In this document: piece by piece, positions 13,901-24,048 of the stretch
Layout of the letters: each line of letters begins with the position of its first letter
Numbering within the stretch: the stretch's first letter is position 1
NCBI GenBank assembly: GCA_030704615.1
Contig: CM060733.1
Span: forward strand, 18,848,001 to 18,912,000
Length of the DNA: 64,000 nt
Direction: 5' to 3'
Source: Takakia lepidozioides
Lineage: Eukaryota; Plantae; Bryophyta
Made by a program: the position numbers and the translations under genes
The notes under the pieces: generated by a model
Databases searched by the model: none
Told to the model about the DNA's origin: nothing
The model's input: only the letters and a program-made list of their open reading frames with translations

Positions 13901-14807
13901 TTGCTCCTGATGCTTGGAACTTGGAATTGAGAATGAAGAGGTCGTCTATCTCTATTGATAGGTTGTGTGTTTGAGGGAGGTTGACATGCTAGTTGTGGAG
14001 AGGGACAAGGATGTTGAGATTCTGTTGGCTGAAAATGATGAGGGTTGAACCTTGCAGGTTGAGGACGCAAAGGTTGGGAACAAGTAGAGATAAGTGATCT
14101 AGTAGTAAAAGGAGAGAAATGTGATCTCACATGAACATTGGGAGAAGCATTGGGCAAGTTGGTAATGTCTTGCAAAGGAATATGAGAGGGGTTTTGAGAT
14201 TGAGCAAACTGAAATGTGTTTATGTCAAACTCTTGGCTGTCCTCTTGACTATCTTGGAATGTGTAATGTGGATCAGATGGCATGGAAGAGAAGCATGACC
14301 AATGTGTCCACTCAATATTGTTGCACACTAACCTTTTAGTGAATGATAGCAACACAAGTATAATTCAGTTCAGATTTGCAAATATGCAAAAGGCAGATTA
14401 TAGTGCAGCATTGACAAGTTAAATACAAAAGAGCAACCAAAAAGCAAGAGAGTTTAGTGAAGCTTGTACCTCAAAGTATTGTCTAATGTTGAAAATCCAA
14501 TGCATGTCTCCAGCAAAGATTGTTTGTACGTAGAGGACTAGAGAATGGTGGAAGAACACCTTGCTGATCCATTTGGAACCTAAGGAATATCTATTTTTCA
14601 CCTCAAGGAGGTTCTGAAAGGTTCTAGAACCTATTTTGAATTTGAGATGTCCTTGTTCGGAATACGCTCTGGGCGACACGTCGCATGGATGGTAATAATT
14701 TCTTTGGATGATAAAATATGTTCTTGAGAATGTCATCCAAAAAACATTTTATTGATAATATTTTTATCCATTTATGACACTTACGTGCCCTATTTTGGAG
14801 GGGAGTA
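10914..14807 (-). mobile_element. Degraded pogo/Fot1-like (Tc1/mariner superfamily) DNA transposon; ends uncertain
   Basis: Contains a transposase pseudogene and AT-rich subtermini. The candidate right end is gccctattttggaggggag+TA at 14788-14807. The left TIR is not convincingly matched. Confidence 0.6.
12010..14355 (-). pseudogene. Frameshifted pogo/Tigger-type transposase (HTH_psq + CENP-B-like HTH + DDE_1)
   Basis: KRVEWTDEDLKAAI..AARQWNIP, SWWRWFKRRH, QIWNCDET, LLILDGHGSH and LPAHTSHVLQPLDVACFGPFK are spread over several frames. Confidence 0.9.
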
Positions 14808-14926
14808 GAAACTGACATGTCCAGGTTAAGGAGAACTTAGAGAACCCTATGGTTCACGTGTTCTATAAAGCTCCATATCAAGACAACCCCACACCATGAC
14901 CCAACCAGCTCACCATATCAGGGCAA

Positions 14927-15217
14927 GCCAAGCATTAGATGGGGCCCTGGAGTTGAATGCGAGGGGCCCGGTTCCGCCAGCGTGGACCCCCCCCCCCCAC
15001 CCATGCCCACCCCCTGCTCCAATGCCTACACACTGCGCGGCAACAACCGTGCGGCACGCCCTCCGCGCCTCATGTTCCCGCTGCCAGGACATGAGACGTG
15101 CCCTTTCCCGCATCCCCATCCCTCCTCCCACCATGCCCTCATGCATGGCATCACCCTCCATCCCCCCTGCATGCCTTCATCCTCCCCATGTTACATGGCA
15201 TCCCAAGTATACATCAT
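14927..15217 (+). repeat. Left long TIR (GC-rich, poly-C/G tracts)
   Basis: Closely matches the reverse complement of 21598-21889 along its length. Confidence 0.9.
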
Positions 15218-15649
15218 GCCCTCTTTCAAAAATCGTGTCCCCAAAGACTGGCGCTGCTCAGCTGCTCCTGCTCGTTTTCAGAGACCACTCCAAAATCTCC
15301 ACACTGCAGACATAATCTGGTTTAACATCTGTGTACATTTGGACATGTTCGTATGTCCTCGTTGTGGAGAGTCCAATGGAGCCCAAAGCGACCAGCATGA
15401 ATGTTGTTGAAAGCTCATTAACACCCCTCCGTAAAAGAACTTGGCAAAATGTTGATGCTGCCGGATTTTCGGGCACAAAAGTCTACCTTGGAGCACGGAG
15501 CGGAGCTGGCATGAGTTCTTTAAAGATCCTTCACGATGGTGGGACAACCGTAATCGCAATCCGTGTGGCTTTCTCTTAATGTATGAGGTGAAGAAGTTTG
15601 GCTCTTCCTATTAGTATCACGATTTGGTATTTTTCTTTGGTGTTTACAA

Positions 15650-17857
15650 GGTGCTTAGGAGGGTCAACTTGGTCTTAGGAGGTCGTGTTTCAATCTATGG
15701 CTGCTTAGCTGCACCGTGGTGGCTCTTACAGACCAATTGTACATTACCCCACCATGGACACAAGCAACATATACAAGAGGTCCTTTTGGGTTGATGGTCG
15801 GTTGAATCCTCCATCAGTCATGACACAAAGTCAAGGACAATGTGGTGAGGGAACCTTCTTGTTCAATCTATTTCAGCCTGATTTGCCCTCTCATCAGACT
15901 GATCGCAAGATATGGATATGCAGAGTAGGGGCGTGGTATCGAGGCTTTGGAGACATATGAACAAATGATGGAGGAAGAGATGAAGCCCAACCACATCACG
16001 TTTGTTTGCGTTTGCAATGCGTGTGCGAGCCTGGCAGCCTTGGAAAAGGGCAAAGAGGTCCATGGTGACATTGTCAGATCTGGAATGGTACCATATGTCA
16101 TTCTGAACACTGCCTTGCTAGATATGTATGCCAAATGTGGGAGTATTGAAGATGCAAAGGGAGTGTTCGACAACATGGCTGAACGAAATGTGGTGTCATG
16201 GAACGCAATGATCGTAGGATATGCACAACACGGGTGTGGGATGGAGGCTTTGGAGACCTATGAGCAAATGATGCGCGGAGGGGTGAAGCCCAACCATATC
16301 ACGTTTGTTTGTGTTTGCAATGCGTGTGCGAGCCTGGAAGCCTTGGAAAAGGGCAAAGAGGTCCATGGTGATATTGTCAAAGCTGGAATAGTACCAGACG
16401 TCATTCTGAACACTTCCCTGGTGGACATGTATGCCAAATGTGGGAGCATTGAAGATGCACAGGGGTTGTTCGACAATATGGCTGAACAAAATGTGGTGTC
16501 ATGGAACACGATGATTGCAGGATATGCAAGGACGCAGGATGGAGGCTTTGGAGACCTTTGAGCAGATGGTGTGGGAAGGGGTGAAGTCTGACCGCATCAT
16601 GTTTGTTTGTGTTTGCAAGGCATGTGCAAGCTTGGCAGCTCTCGACATGTATGCCAAATGTGGGAGCATTGAAGATTCAAATGGAGTGTTCGACACTATG
16701 GCTGAACGTGAGGTGGTGTCGAGGAATGCAATGATTGCAGGATATGCACAGCAAGGGCGCGGGACCGAGGCTTTGCAGACATATGAGCAAATGATGCAGG
16801 AAGAGGTGAAGCCCAACCACATCACGTTTGTTTGTGTTTGCAATGCATGTGCAAGCCTGCCAGCCTTGGAAAAGGACAAAGAGGTCCATGGTGACATCGT
16901 CAGAGCTGGTATTGTACCAAATGTCACTTTGAACAATGCCCTCGTGGACATGTATGCCAAATGTGGGAGCATGGAGGAGGCAAAGGGAGTGTTCAACAAT
17001 ATGGTCGAACGAGATGTGGCGTCCTGGAATGCTATCATTGCAGGAATGCCCAGCATGGTTATCATAGGGAAGCCCTGCAACTATTTGAAAGAATGCAAAG
17101 ATCATGATGTCATTCCGACAGTAAAGCACTTTGGCTGCATGGTGGACCTTCTTGGACATATAAGGAATTGGATGAGGCAGAGGAGCTCATTAACAAAATG
17201 CCAATGAAACCAAATGCTATGGTTTGGAGGGCCTTGCTTAGTGCCTGCAGAATCCATGGCAATGTGGAGATGGCTGAACGTGCTGCAACATCTATTCTCA
17301 AGTGGGATGAACAAGATGCCGCGACTTATGTGTTGCTATCAAACATCTATGTTGCAGCTGGCATGTGGGATGATAGTGAAAAGGTGAGAAAAATGATGAA
17401 GGTCAGAGGGGTTAGGAAGGAGCCAGGTCGCTGCTGCATTGAGGTTGGCAACAGTGCGCACACCTTTGTTGTAGATGACAAACTGCATCCCAGAATTAAG
17501 GAAATCCATACGTAGCTGAGAAGATTGTTTGGGCAGATGAAGGAGGCGGGGATGATAGTGCAAAGGTGAAAAATGATGAAGGTCAGAGGGGTTAGGAAGG
17601 AGCCAGGTTGCTGCTGCATTGAGGTTGGCAACAGGGCGCACACCTTTGTTGTAGATAACAAACTGCATCCCAGAATTAAGGAAATTCATGCTTAGCTGAG
17701 AAGATTGTCTGGGCAGGTGAAGGAGGCGGGGTATGTGCCTGACACACGCTTTGTACTGCATGATGTGGTGGAGGAGCAAAAGGAATTTTCTCTCTATCAC
17801 CAGAGTGAGAAGCTGGCCATTGATTTTGGGATCATCAGCACCCCTAGGACGCCCTAG
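15650..17857 (+). pseudogene. PLS-class PPR editing-factor pseudogene with E/E+ and truncated DYW
   Basis: Repeated VVSWNAMI.GY / PNHITFVCV.NAC / LVDMYAKCGS motifs, then VWRALLSACRIHG, a KEPG..IEV box, GYVPDT and HQSEKLA, ending before CxxC. Multiple frameshifts and in-frame TAG stops. Confidence 0.9.
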
Positions 17858-18534
17858 AAATTTCATGAATGCAACAGAGTGCATATCCATATTTTCTTCA
17901 AAGTGGGTCCAACTTCCATCTCAAACCTTGCATGCATGCATTCCTCCCATTCGGGATGGGAATGGTATTACACTCTTATGGTTTCATGATACCATTCATG
18001 ACTAATGGAATCATTCCCTTGTACAGGCACTTAGTCTATATGCACATATGCACTCATACTTTCTGTATGTGTTTTCATTCATAGCATGATAACTTTTAAC
18101 CTTCATCCATGACGGTTCATTCATCCCAAAGTTGCTCCAACGTGCATGAAAAAGCAATCATGCATGCATCCATCCCAAAGTGTACACGTGTTGTGTAGGA
18201 AGGGATGGGGCTGCACACGTGTCCTTGTCACTTGATTGGGTGGCTCATGAATAGGAACGGTTCGGGCAGCCGGCGGAAGAGGGTATATGGAACTTCAAAA
18301 CGCAAACTGGAACATGGTACATGACTATATTACTAGAATGTCGGTTCTGTTATCAATTCTGGGCATTTTTTCAGATGCGGGCAACAAAAAGGAAATGACG
18401 TTTTACATTCAACAATTAGGAATGTGTGCGTTTGCATCCTCAAAGATTTTGTGATCCCATTGTTCAACATTTTTTGGTAAAAGAACTTTCAACTCCATAA
18501 CATGTTTCCTGTGGAAGCTGGTTACACCTGGCTT

Positions 18535-18900
18535 CCACGAATTCAGTACTCCAGCTGTTGACTGATGTACGCGGATGGTGATCATCACCATGAATAAATC
18601 AATACTTTGCCCCAATAAGACTTTCCGCGAATTTGGTGCTCCAGCTGTTTGAAGATGTACATAGATGGTGACTATCACCATGATGGACTAACACACCCTG
18701 CAATCCAATACTTCAGCTGTTTGGTGATTCATTCTCCCCTGCAATGAAGCTTCCCGTCAGTTTGGTACCCCATCTGTTCAATAATGTCTATGATTGTGAT
18801 TGTTGGCATGGATGAATCAACACTGCTTTGTAATAAGGCCTACCATAAATATGGCACTTCAATGTTGCACGTGGATGACAATATTCACCATGAATGAATC
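18535..18900. repeat. Diverged ~90-bp tandem repeat (~4 units) between the two PPR 3' ends
   Basis: Recurring tggt(g/a)ctccagctgtt...gatgtac...gatggtga..atcaccatgaa..aatca. Confidence 0.6.
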
Positions 18901-19016
18901 ACTTTAAAGTTTTTGGTGGCAAAGAGATCATACGGGTAGCTCACACGGACAGTTGAGATGTTTTCAATGAAACACTTGTTTATTACCTGCTTGAGGCAAC
19001 ATATTTGCTGCTTTTT

Positions 19017-21240
19017 TCACCAGTAATCCACACAAGAGCAATCCCCATCTTGGAAGTGGTGAAAGCGGTTGGTATCCCGCCCAACAATTGTACGACCAAT
19101 AATCTTTGATATGAATTTGGTAGCGGTGTGGCAGTCACCACACATCCGTAGGTTTTTTATGACACGGATGGGCATCCCAGGGGGGATGCTCATGAGCCCA
19201 AAAGCAATCGTCAGCTTCTCATTGTGGTGACAAAGATAAACTTCTTTTTGCTCCACCTCCACATCATGCAATACAAACTGTGTGTCAGGTACATACCCAA
19301 CCTCTTTCATGCACATAGACAATCTCTTCAGCTCAGCATGGATTTCCTCAATTTGTGGATGCGAATTCTCTTCTTCAACGAATGTGTGCACCCGGTTGTC
19401 CACCTTAATGTAGTTGTGCCCTGGTTCTTTTCTCACACCTTTGTCCTGCATCAGTTTTCTCACTTTTGCTGAATCGTCCCACCTGCCAGCTGCAACATAG
19501 ATGTTTGATAGCAGCACATTTGTCACAGCCTCCTGCGGATTCAACTGCAGGAGGCATTTTGCCACACGTTCGGCTACCTCCACATTGCCATGAATTCTGC
19601 AGGCACCAAGCAAGGCCCCCCACACTGAAGCACCTGATTTGATAGGCATTCTGTTGGCAAACTCCTCCGCATCAAGCAATATTCCCACACGTGCAAAAAG
19701 GTCCACCATGCGGCCAGAATGCTCCACTGTAGGAGCAAGGCCATGAACTTGATTCATGTAATCAAAGTAGTGACAACCCTCATCCACTCGGCTTACATGG
19801 CTACATGCAGAGAGAACACAAATAAAGGTGACACTATTTGGCTTCAACTCTTTCTCTTGCATTTGTTCAAATAGTTGAAGGGCCTCTCTGGCACAACCAT
19901 ACTGACCACATCCTGCAATCACCGCATTCCATGAAACCACATTCCATTGAGCTATATTGTCAAACAAATGAATGGCATCCTCCATGCTCCCACATTTTGC
20001 ATAATGTTATCAAGGGCAGTGTCCAGAATGACATCTGCTGGGATTCCAACTTTGATTATCTCAGCATGCAGTTCTTTGCCCTTTTCCAGGCTTGCAAGGC
20101 TGGCACAAGCATTGAGAAGATATATGTGACTTGTTTGGTGCCACGCCTTCCTTGATCATGTGGTCATAGATGCCAAAAGCCTCCCTACCACAGTGATTCT
20201 GAGCATATCCTGCAATCATAGTGCTCCATGACACAACATCACGCTCAGCCATGTTGTCAAACACTTCAAGCGCATCCTTCATGTTCCCACATTTGGCGTA
20301 CATGTTTGTGAGGGCAGTCTCCAGGATGATATCTCGTGGAATTCCACATTTGATAATGTTAGCATGAACCTCTTTGCACTTCTCCAGGGCTGCCAGGCTG
20401 CCACACGCCCTGAAAACGCAAATGAAAACTATTTTGTCCGGAGTCACCTCTTCCTGTATCATTTGCTCATACATCTCAAAAGCCTCCATACAACACCCAT
20501 GATGAGTATAATTATCGAACACTTGACGCGCATACTGCATGCTCCCACATTCGGCATACATGTCAACAAGGGTAGTCTCCAGAATCACATCTGGTGCAAT
20601 CCCAGCTCTGATAATGTCGGCATGGACCCCTTTGCCCTTCTCCAGGGATGCTAGACAGGCACATGCTTTGCCAATGCATATGAATGTCACCTTATTGGGT
20701 GTCGTCCCTTCCTGCATCATTTGCTCATACATCTCAATTGCCTCCCTCCCGCACCCATAATTGGCATATCCTGCTATCATTATATTCTAGGTAAATATCA
20801 CGCGTTTAGGCATGTTGTCAAACACTTGCCGTGCATTCAGCATGCTCCTGCATTTGGCGTACATGTTCATAAGGGTGTTAAGTAAGAAGACTTTTGGCTT
20901 GAACCCAGTTCGGATAATGTGGGCATGCACCTGCTTTCCTTCTTCTAGGCCTTGCATGTTGATGCACTCCTGCAAGAGACGGACGTAAGTGTCGGAGTCT
21001 GCCGAAATGTCTTGGCCGGTTCAAAATGTGCACTGCGTCTTTCAGTCGCCCTGCCATACATAGTGTCCTTGCATCACCACATTGTGCTAGACCTTGTATC
21101 ATGGCAGCCAGCTCTGCTTTCACCCAAGGAGGGTTCAACCAACCTGCTATCCAACGTGCCTCCTTTGCGCACTTATGTCTGAAGTCTAGTGATCTTGGAC
21201 TTCTCTGTGAAAACCACCAGTGAGCCCCTGGGCAGCCATA
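19017..21240 (-). pseudogene. PLS-class PPR-DYW gene; N-terminal array disrupted, C-terminal 322-aa ORF (19017-19985) intact
   Basis: PLS motifs are spread over ORFs 20878-21138, 20787-20975 and 20061-20780. The C-terminal ORF has a KEPG box, HHNEKL, KNLRMCGDCH and RFHHFQDGDCSCVDYW*. Confidence 0.9.
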
Positions 21241-21597
21241 GATTCAACCACATGGTGCTGGCAGATTGTGGGCATGTATAGCTGCAATGGAAATTCATGC
21301 ATCAGACAACAAATTGGACCCTATGCAAGCACAAACTTCTTCATGTGGGCCAGACATCCACACGATTGCAACTTACAATGCAATGCAACATGTTCATGTG
21401 GGCAACATTATACAAACACAATTCAATATGGAAGGTGAACGCAGAGTGCCAGGGTGGGGACGCGTTTGTACAAGGAAATGCGCGATGAGGGTAGCAGAAC
21501 CCTGGATTAGGGTTGGAGTGTATGTGACGATATGGCATATATCCCAACGTCCATTCTTTCTTCAGATTTGCCATTTGAAATTTGAATAGATGTCAGA

Positions 21598-21889
21598 ATG
21601 ATGCCATAAACTTGGGATGCCATGTAGCATGGGGAAGATGAAGGCATGCAGGGGGGATGGAGGGCGATGCCATACATAGGGCAGGATGGGAGGAGGGATG
21701 GGAATGCGGGAGAGGGCACGTCTCATGTCCTGGAAGCGGGAACATGAGGCGCGGGAGGGAGTGCCGCGCGCGGCAGCAGCCCCGCGGTGTGTAGGCGTTG
21801 GAGGGGGGGTGGGCATGGGTGGGGGGGGGTCCACGCTGGCGGGACCGGGGCCCCTCGCATTCAACCCCAGGGCCCATCTAATGCTTGGC
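21598..21889 (-). repeat. Right long TIR
   Basis: Closely matches the reverse complement of 14927-15217. Confidence 0.9.
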
Positions 21890-22207
21890 TCAGGGCAGCC
21901 TACCTTACTATCACACACCCATCAAGTTGTATCTCAGCACGCTTGGGGAGTGAAGTGGCAGAAATATCCCCAAAGCTGGGGTTGGTGGAAGGGTGTATCT
22001 CTCCAGTTTCCTCGTCAGACTGAGATCCATCTTTTTGCCCTTCATTGTGGTAACAAATGCAAGCTGGAAAGAACCAGACCTGCTCCCAGGTGTCAAGAAG
22101 TGTTCACGCGGATTCTCCCATGGAAGAGGCACTATGGAACCTCTTCGATGAGGGTCACCACAGGTATGGGTGTCTTTATTGACTATGAGATGGAGGGGAG
22201 TTATTAC

Positions 22208-23136
22208 CAGTGCTGTGCGGGTTCTGCCTTTTTAAGGAACCCGCCGGGTCTGGGTGCGGGTTTTTTTCGGAGTCAAGTCCGGGTCCGGATCCGGAAATTT
22301 GGAAAATCCGGGTCCGGGTTCGGGTCCGGGTTTGTCAACACGGACTCGGGTTAGGGTCCGGGTAGTTGTTGGGAAATATTAGCGAGTTCACGGGTTCGGA
22401 TCCGGGTCCTAATTTATTGATTAAATAAATTAGAAAAATAAGATTAATTAGGGATAAAATTATTTTTGGCTGGAAAAAACTTTAAATCCTAATAATGAAT
22501 TTTATTTTAAGAGAAATTCCTTCAAAATATACCATGAATATGAATATGTATACCACGAATAAGAATTAAAATAGAAGTTTGAGTTCCATTTTCTATTTTT
22601 CAATATCAATTCTTTAAACATGTTAAGAATAGTAATATGCCTCAAGGGTAGATCACTATAGCATGGATGTGTGGGATCTGGCCTAATAATAATATATGAC
22701 GCCTCCTTTGGGAAGGTGTAAATTATAGTCCCATAGGGCACAACTTTGTGACACCACTCCCTGGATTGAACCCACAACCGCTTTTGAGGTGGTGTGTGGG
22801 CATTACCACTGGGCTATAGCGTGGTGGGGCTGGCAGCTGCAGTGGCCTATTGCTGCTGGTCCCCTCCACACATATGACAAAACCTACCAAATCTAAGGTG
22901 GACCCCACATGCCCCATTTAAAATTAAGACCCCGACCCTGACCCGCTACATTGGCCCGCGGGTAGCGGGTTTAAGGGGTTCTGGACCCAGCAGGCGGGTG
23001 CGGGTCCGGTTCCGGGTTCATTTTTAGAAATGAACCCGGGTCCGGGTTTTTTGTGATAGCACGGGTGCGGGTGCGGGTAACCCGGATCCTAACCCGCCGG
23101 GTACCCGCCTTCAAAACCCGGACCCGCACAACACTG
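22208..23136. mobile_element. Non-autonomous hAT element (MITE)
   Basis: TIRs CAGTGCTGTGCGGG / CCCGCACAACACTG, with a perfect 8-bp TSD GTTATTAC (22200-22207 and 23137-23144). Many subterminal CGGGTC/ACCCG repeats surround an AT-rich core. Confidence 0.92.
22750..22828 (-). mobile_element. tRNA-derived SINE head or tRNA pseudogene nested in the hAT MITE
   Basis: Minus strand has an A box TAGCCCAGTGG, a B box GGTTCAATCC and caccac/gtggtg stem-like ends. Confidence 0.55.
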
Positions 23137-23338
23137 GTTATTACTCTCTTAAACAAGCTGCATTTGAGGGGGGTTTGTGTTTTGTGCTCTTTGACGGTGT
23201 TTTCTATTTGTTCTATGCTCCCCTTGAACCCCTCTACCCCCGTCTGCCTCAGGGATTCTATACAGTTAGTTCTTTCTTCTCGCCAAAAAGATGCACTGAA
23301 CTTTACAAGCAGCAAATCCACGCCATACTGCAGTTCAA

Positions 23339-23515
23339 CTACGTCACTACACGTCATGCATCCACGTCATACTGCAATAAAACCACTTTACTACACGTCA
23401 TGAATCCACGTCACGCTGCCCCTAAGCCACTCAGTACACGTCATGCATCCACGTCATAATGCAGATAAACCACTCTAGCCACGTATAGACACGCCACTTT
23501 ACTACACGTCATCAT
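23339..23515. repeat. ~45-bp tandem repeat rich in (C)ACGTCA
   Basis: tacacgtcatg(c/a)atccacgtca occurs three times plus partial units. Confidence 0.85.
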
Positions 23516-24048
23516 CATCTGTCCCCTCTGTTTTACTGTCACATTTCACTGTCAGATGTCAGAACCTGGCACCTGGATTCGACGCAGTATACTGTCAGAA
23601 TGGGAATCTTGTAAGAAAGCCAAGTATGCAGCATGCCCAGAAAATGTGTAGAGTATTTAGAGTGTCTGCACATAGTAGGAATCGAGGAAAGTGGAAGGTG
23701 AATACGAGAGTGAATGAAGCACCTCACCCCTTGGTGTTTTGCAGGGGGTGGAACAACAATGACACAATGTCAATTGCAGAACCAGCACTGCATGCTTGGA
23801 GAGTCACCAGGTAGAAGTGTGCCAGTGTCTCTTCAATCCCAGGGCAGTTTCTCGATTTCCGAGGTTTGCACACAGTGCCTGTCGTCAGGTGTAGAAGACA
23901 GCATTTTCTTTCTGTGTGAAGGTCGAAAGTGCATGGGTTCAAAAGGTTGAAGCAGTATTGCTCCCACATGGGCGGCAGGAAATCTTTTTCAGGCAACCGA
24001 TGCGCATATGTTCAACAAGATATGTAACGCTCACCAAGCCGCCTGGTC

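Larger units (their letters stand above)
14927..21889. mobile_element. Pack-MULE-like non-autonomous element carrying two PPR genes
   Basis: ~290-bp terminal inverted repeats start GCCAAGCATTAGATGGG and end CCCATCTAATGCTTGGC. Flanking 9-mers are TCAGGGCAA (14918-14926) and TCAGGGCAG (21890-21898). No transposase is recognisable inside. Confidence 0.75.

Noticed and set aside
14896-15410. Pro/Gly-rich ORFs (also 21562-22023)
   Set aside because: Stop-poor GC-rich TIR sequence, not genes.
19017-19420. U-to-C type DYW:KP editing domain
   Set aside because: Has a PG box and a canonical DYW ending, so it is the C-to-U type.
22210-23130. GSGSG/RVRVR ORFs
   Set aside because: Products of hAT subterminal repeats.
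23339-23515. CRISPR-like repeat/spacer appearance
   Set aside because: Eukaryotic context, spacers are mutually similar, and there are no cas genes.
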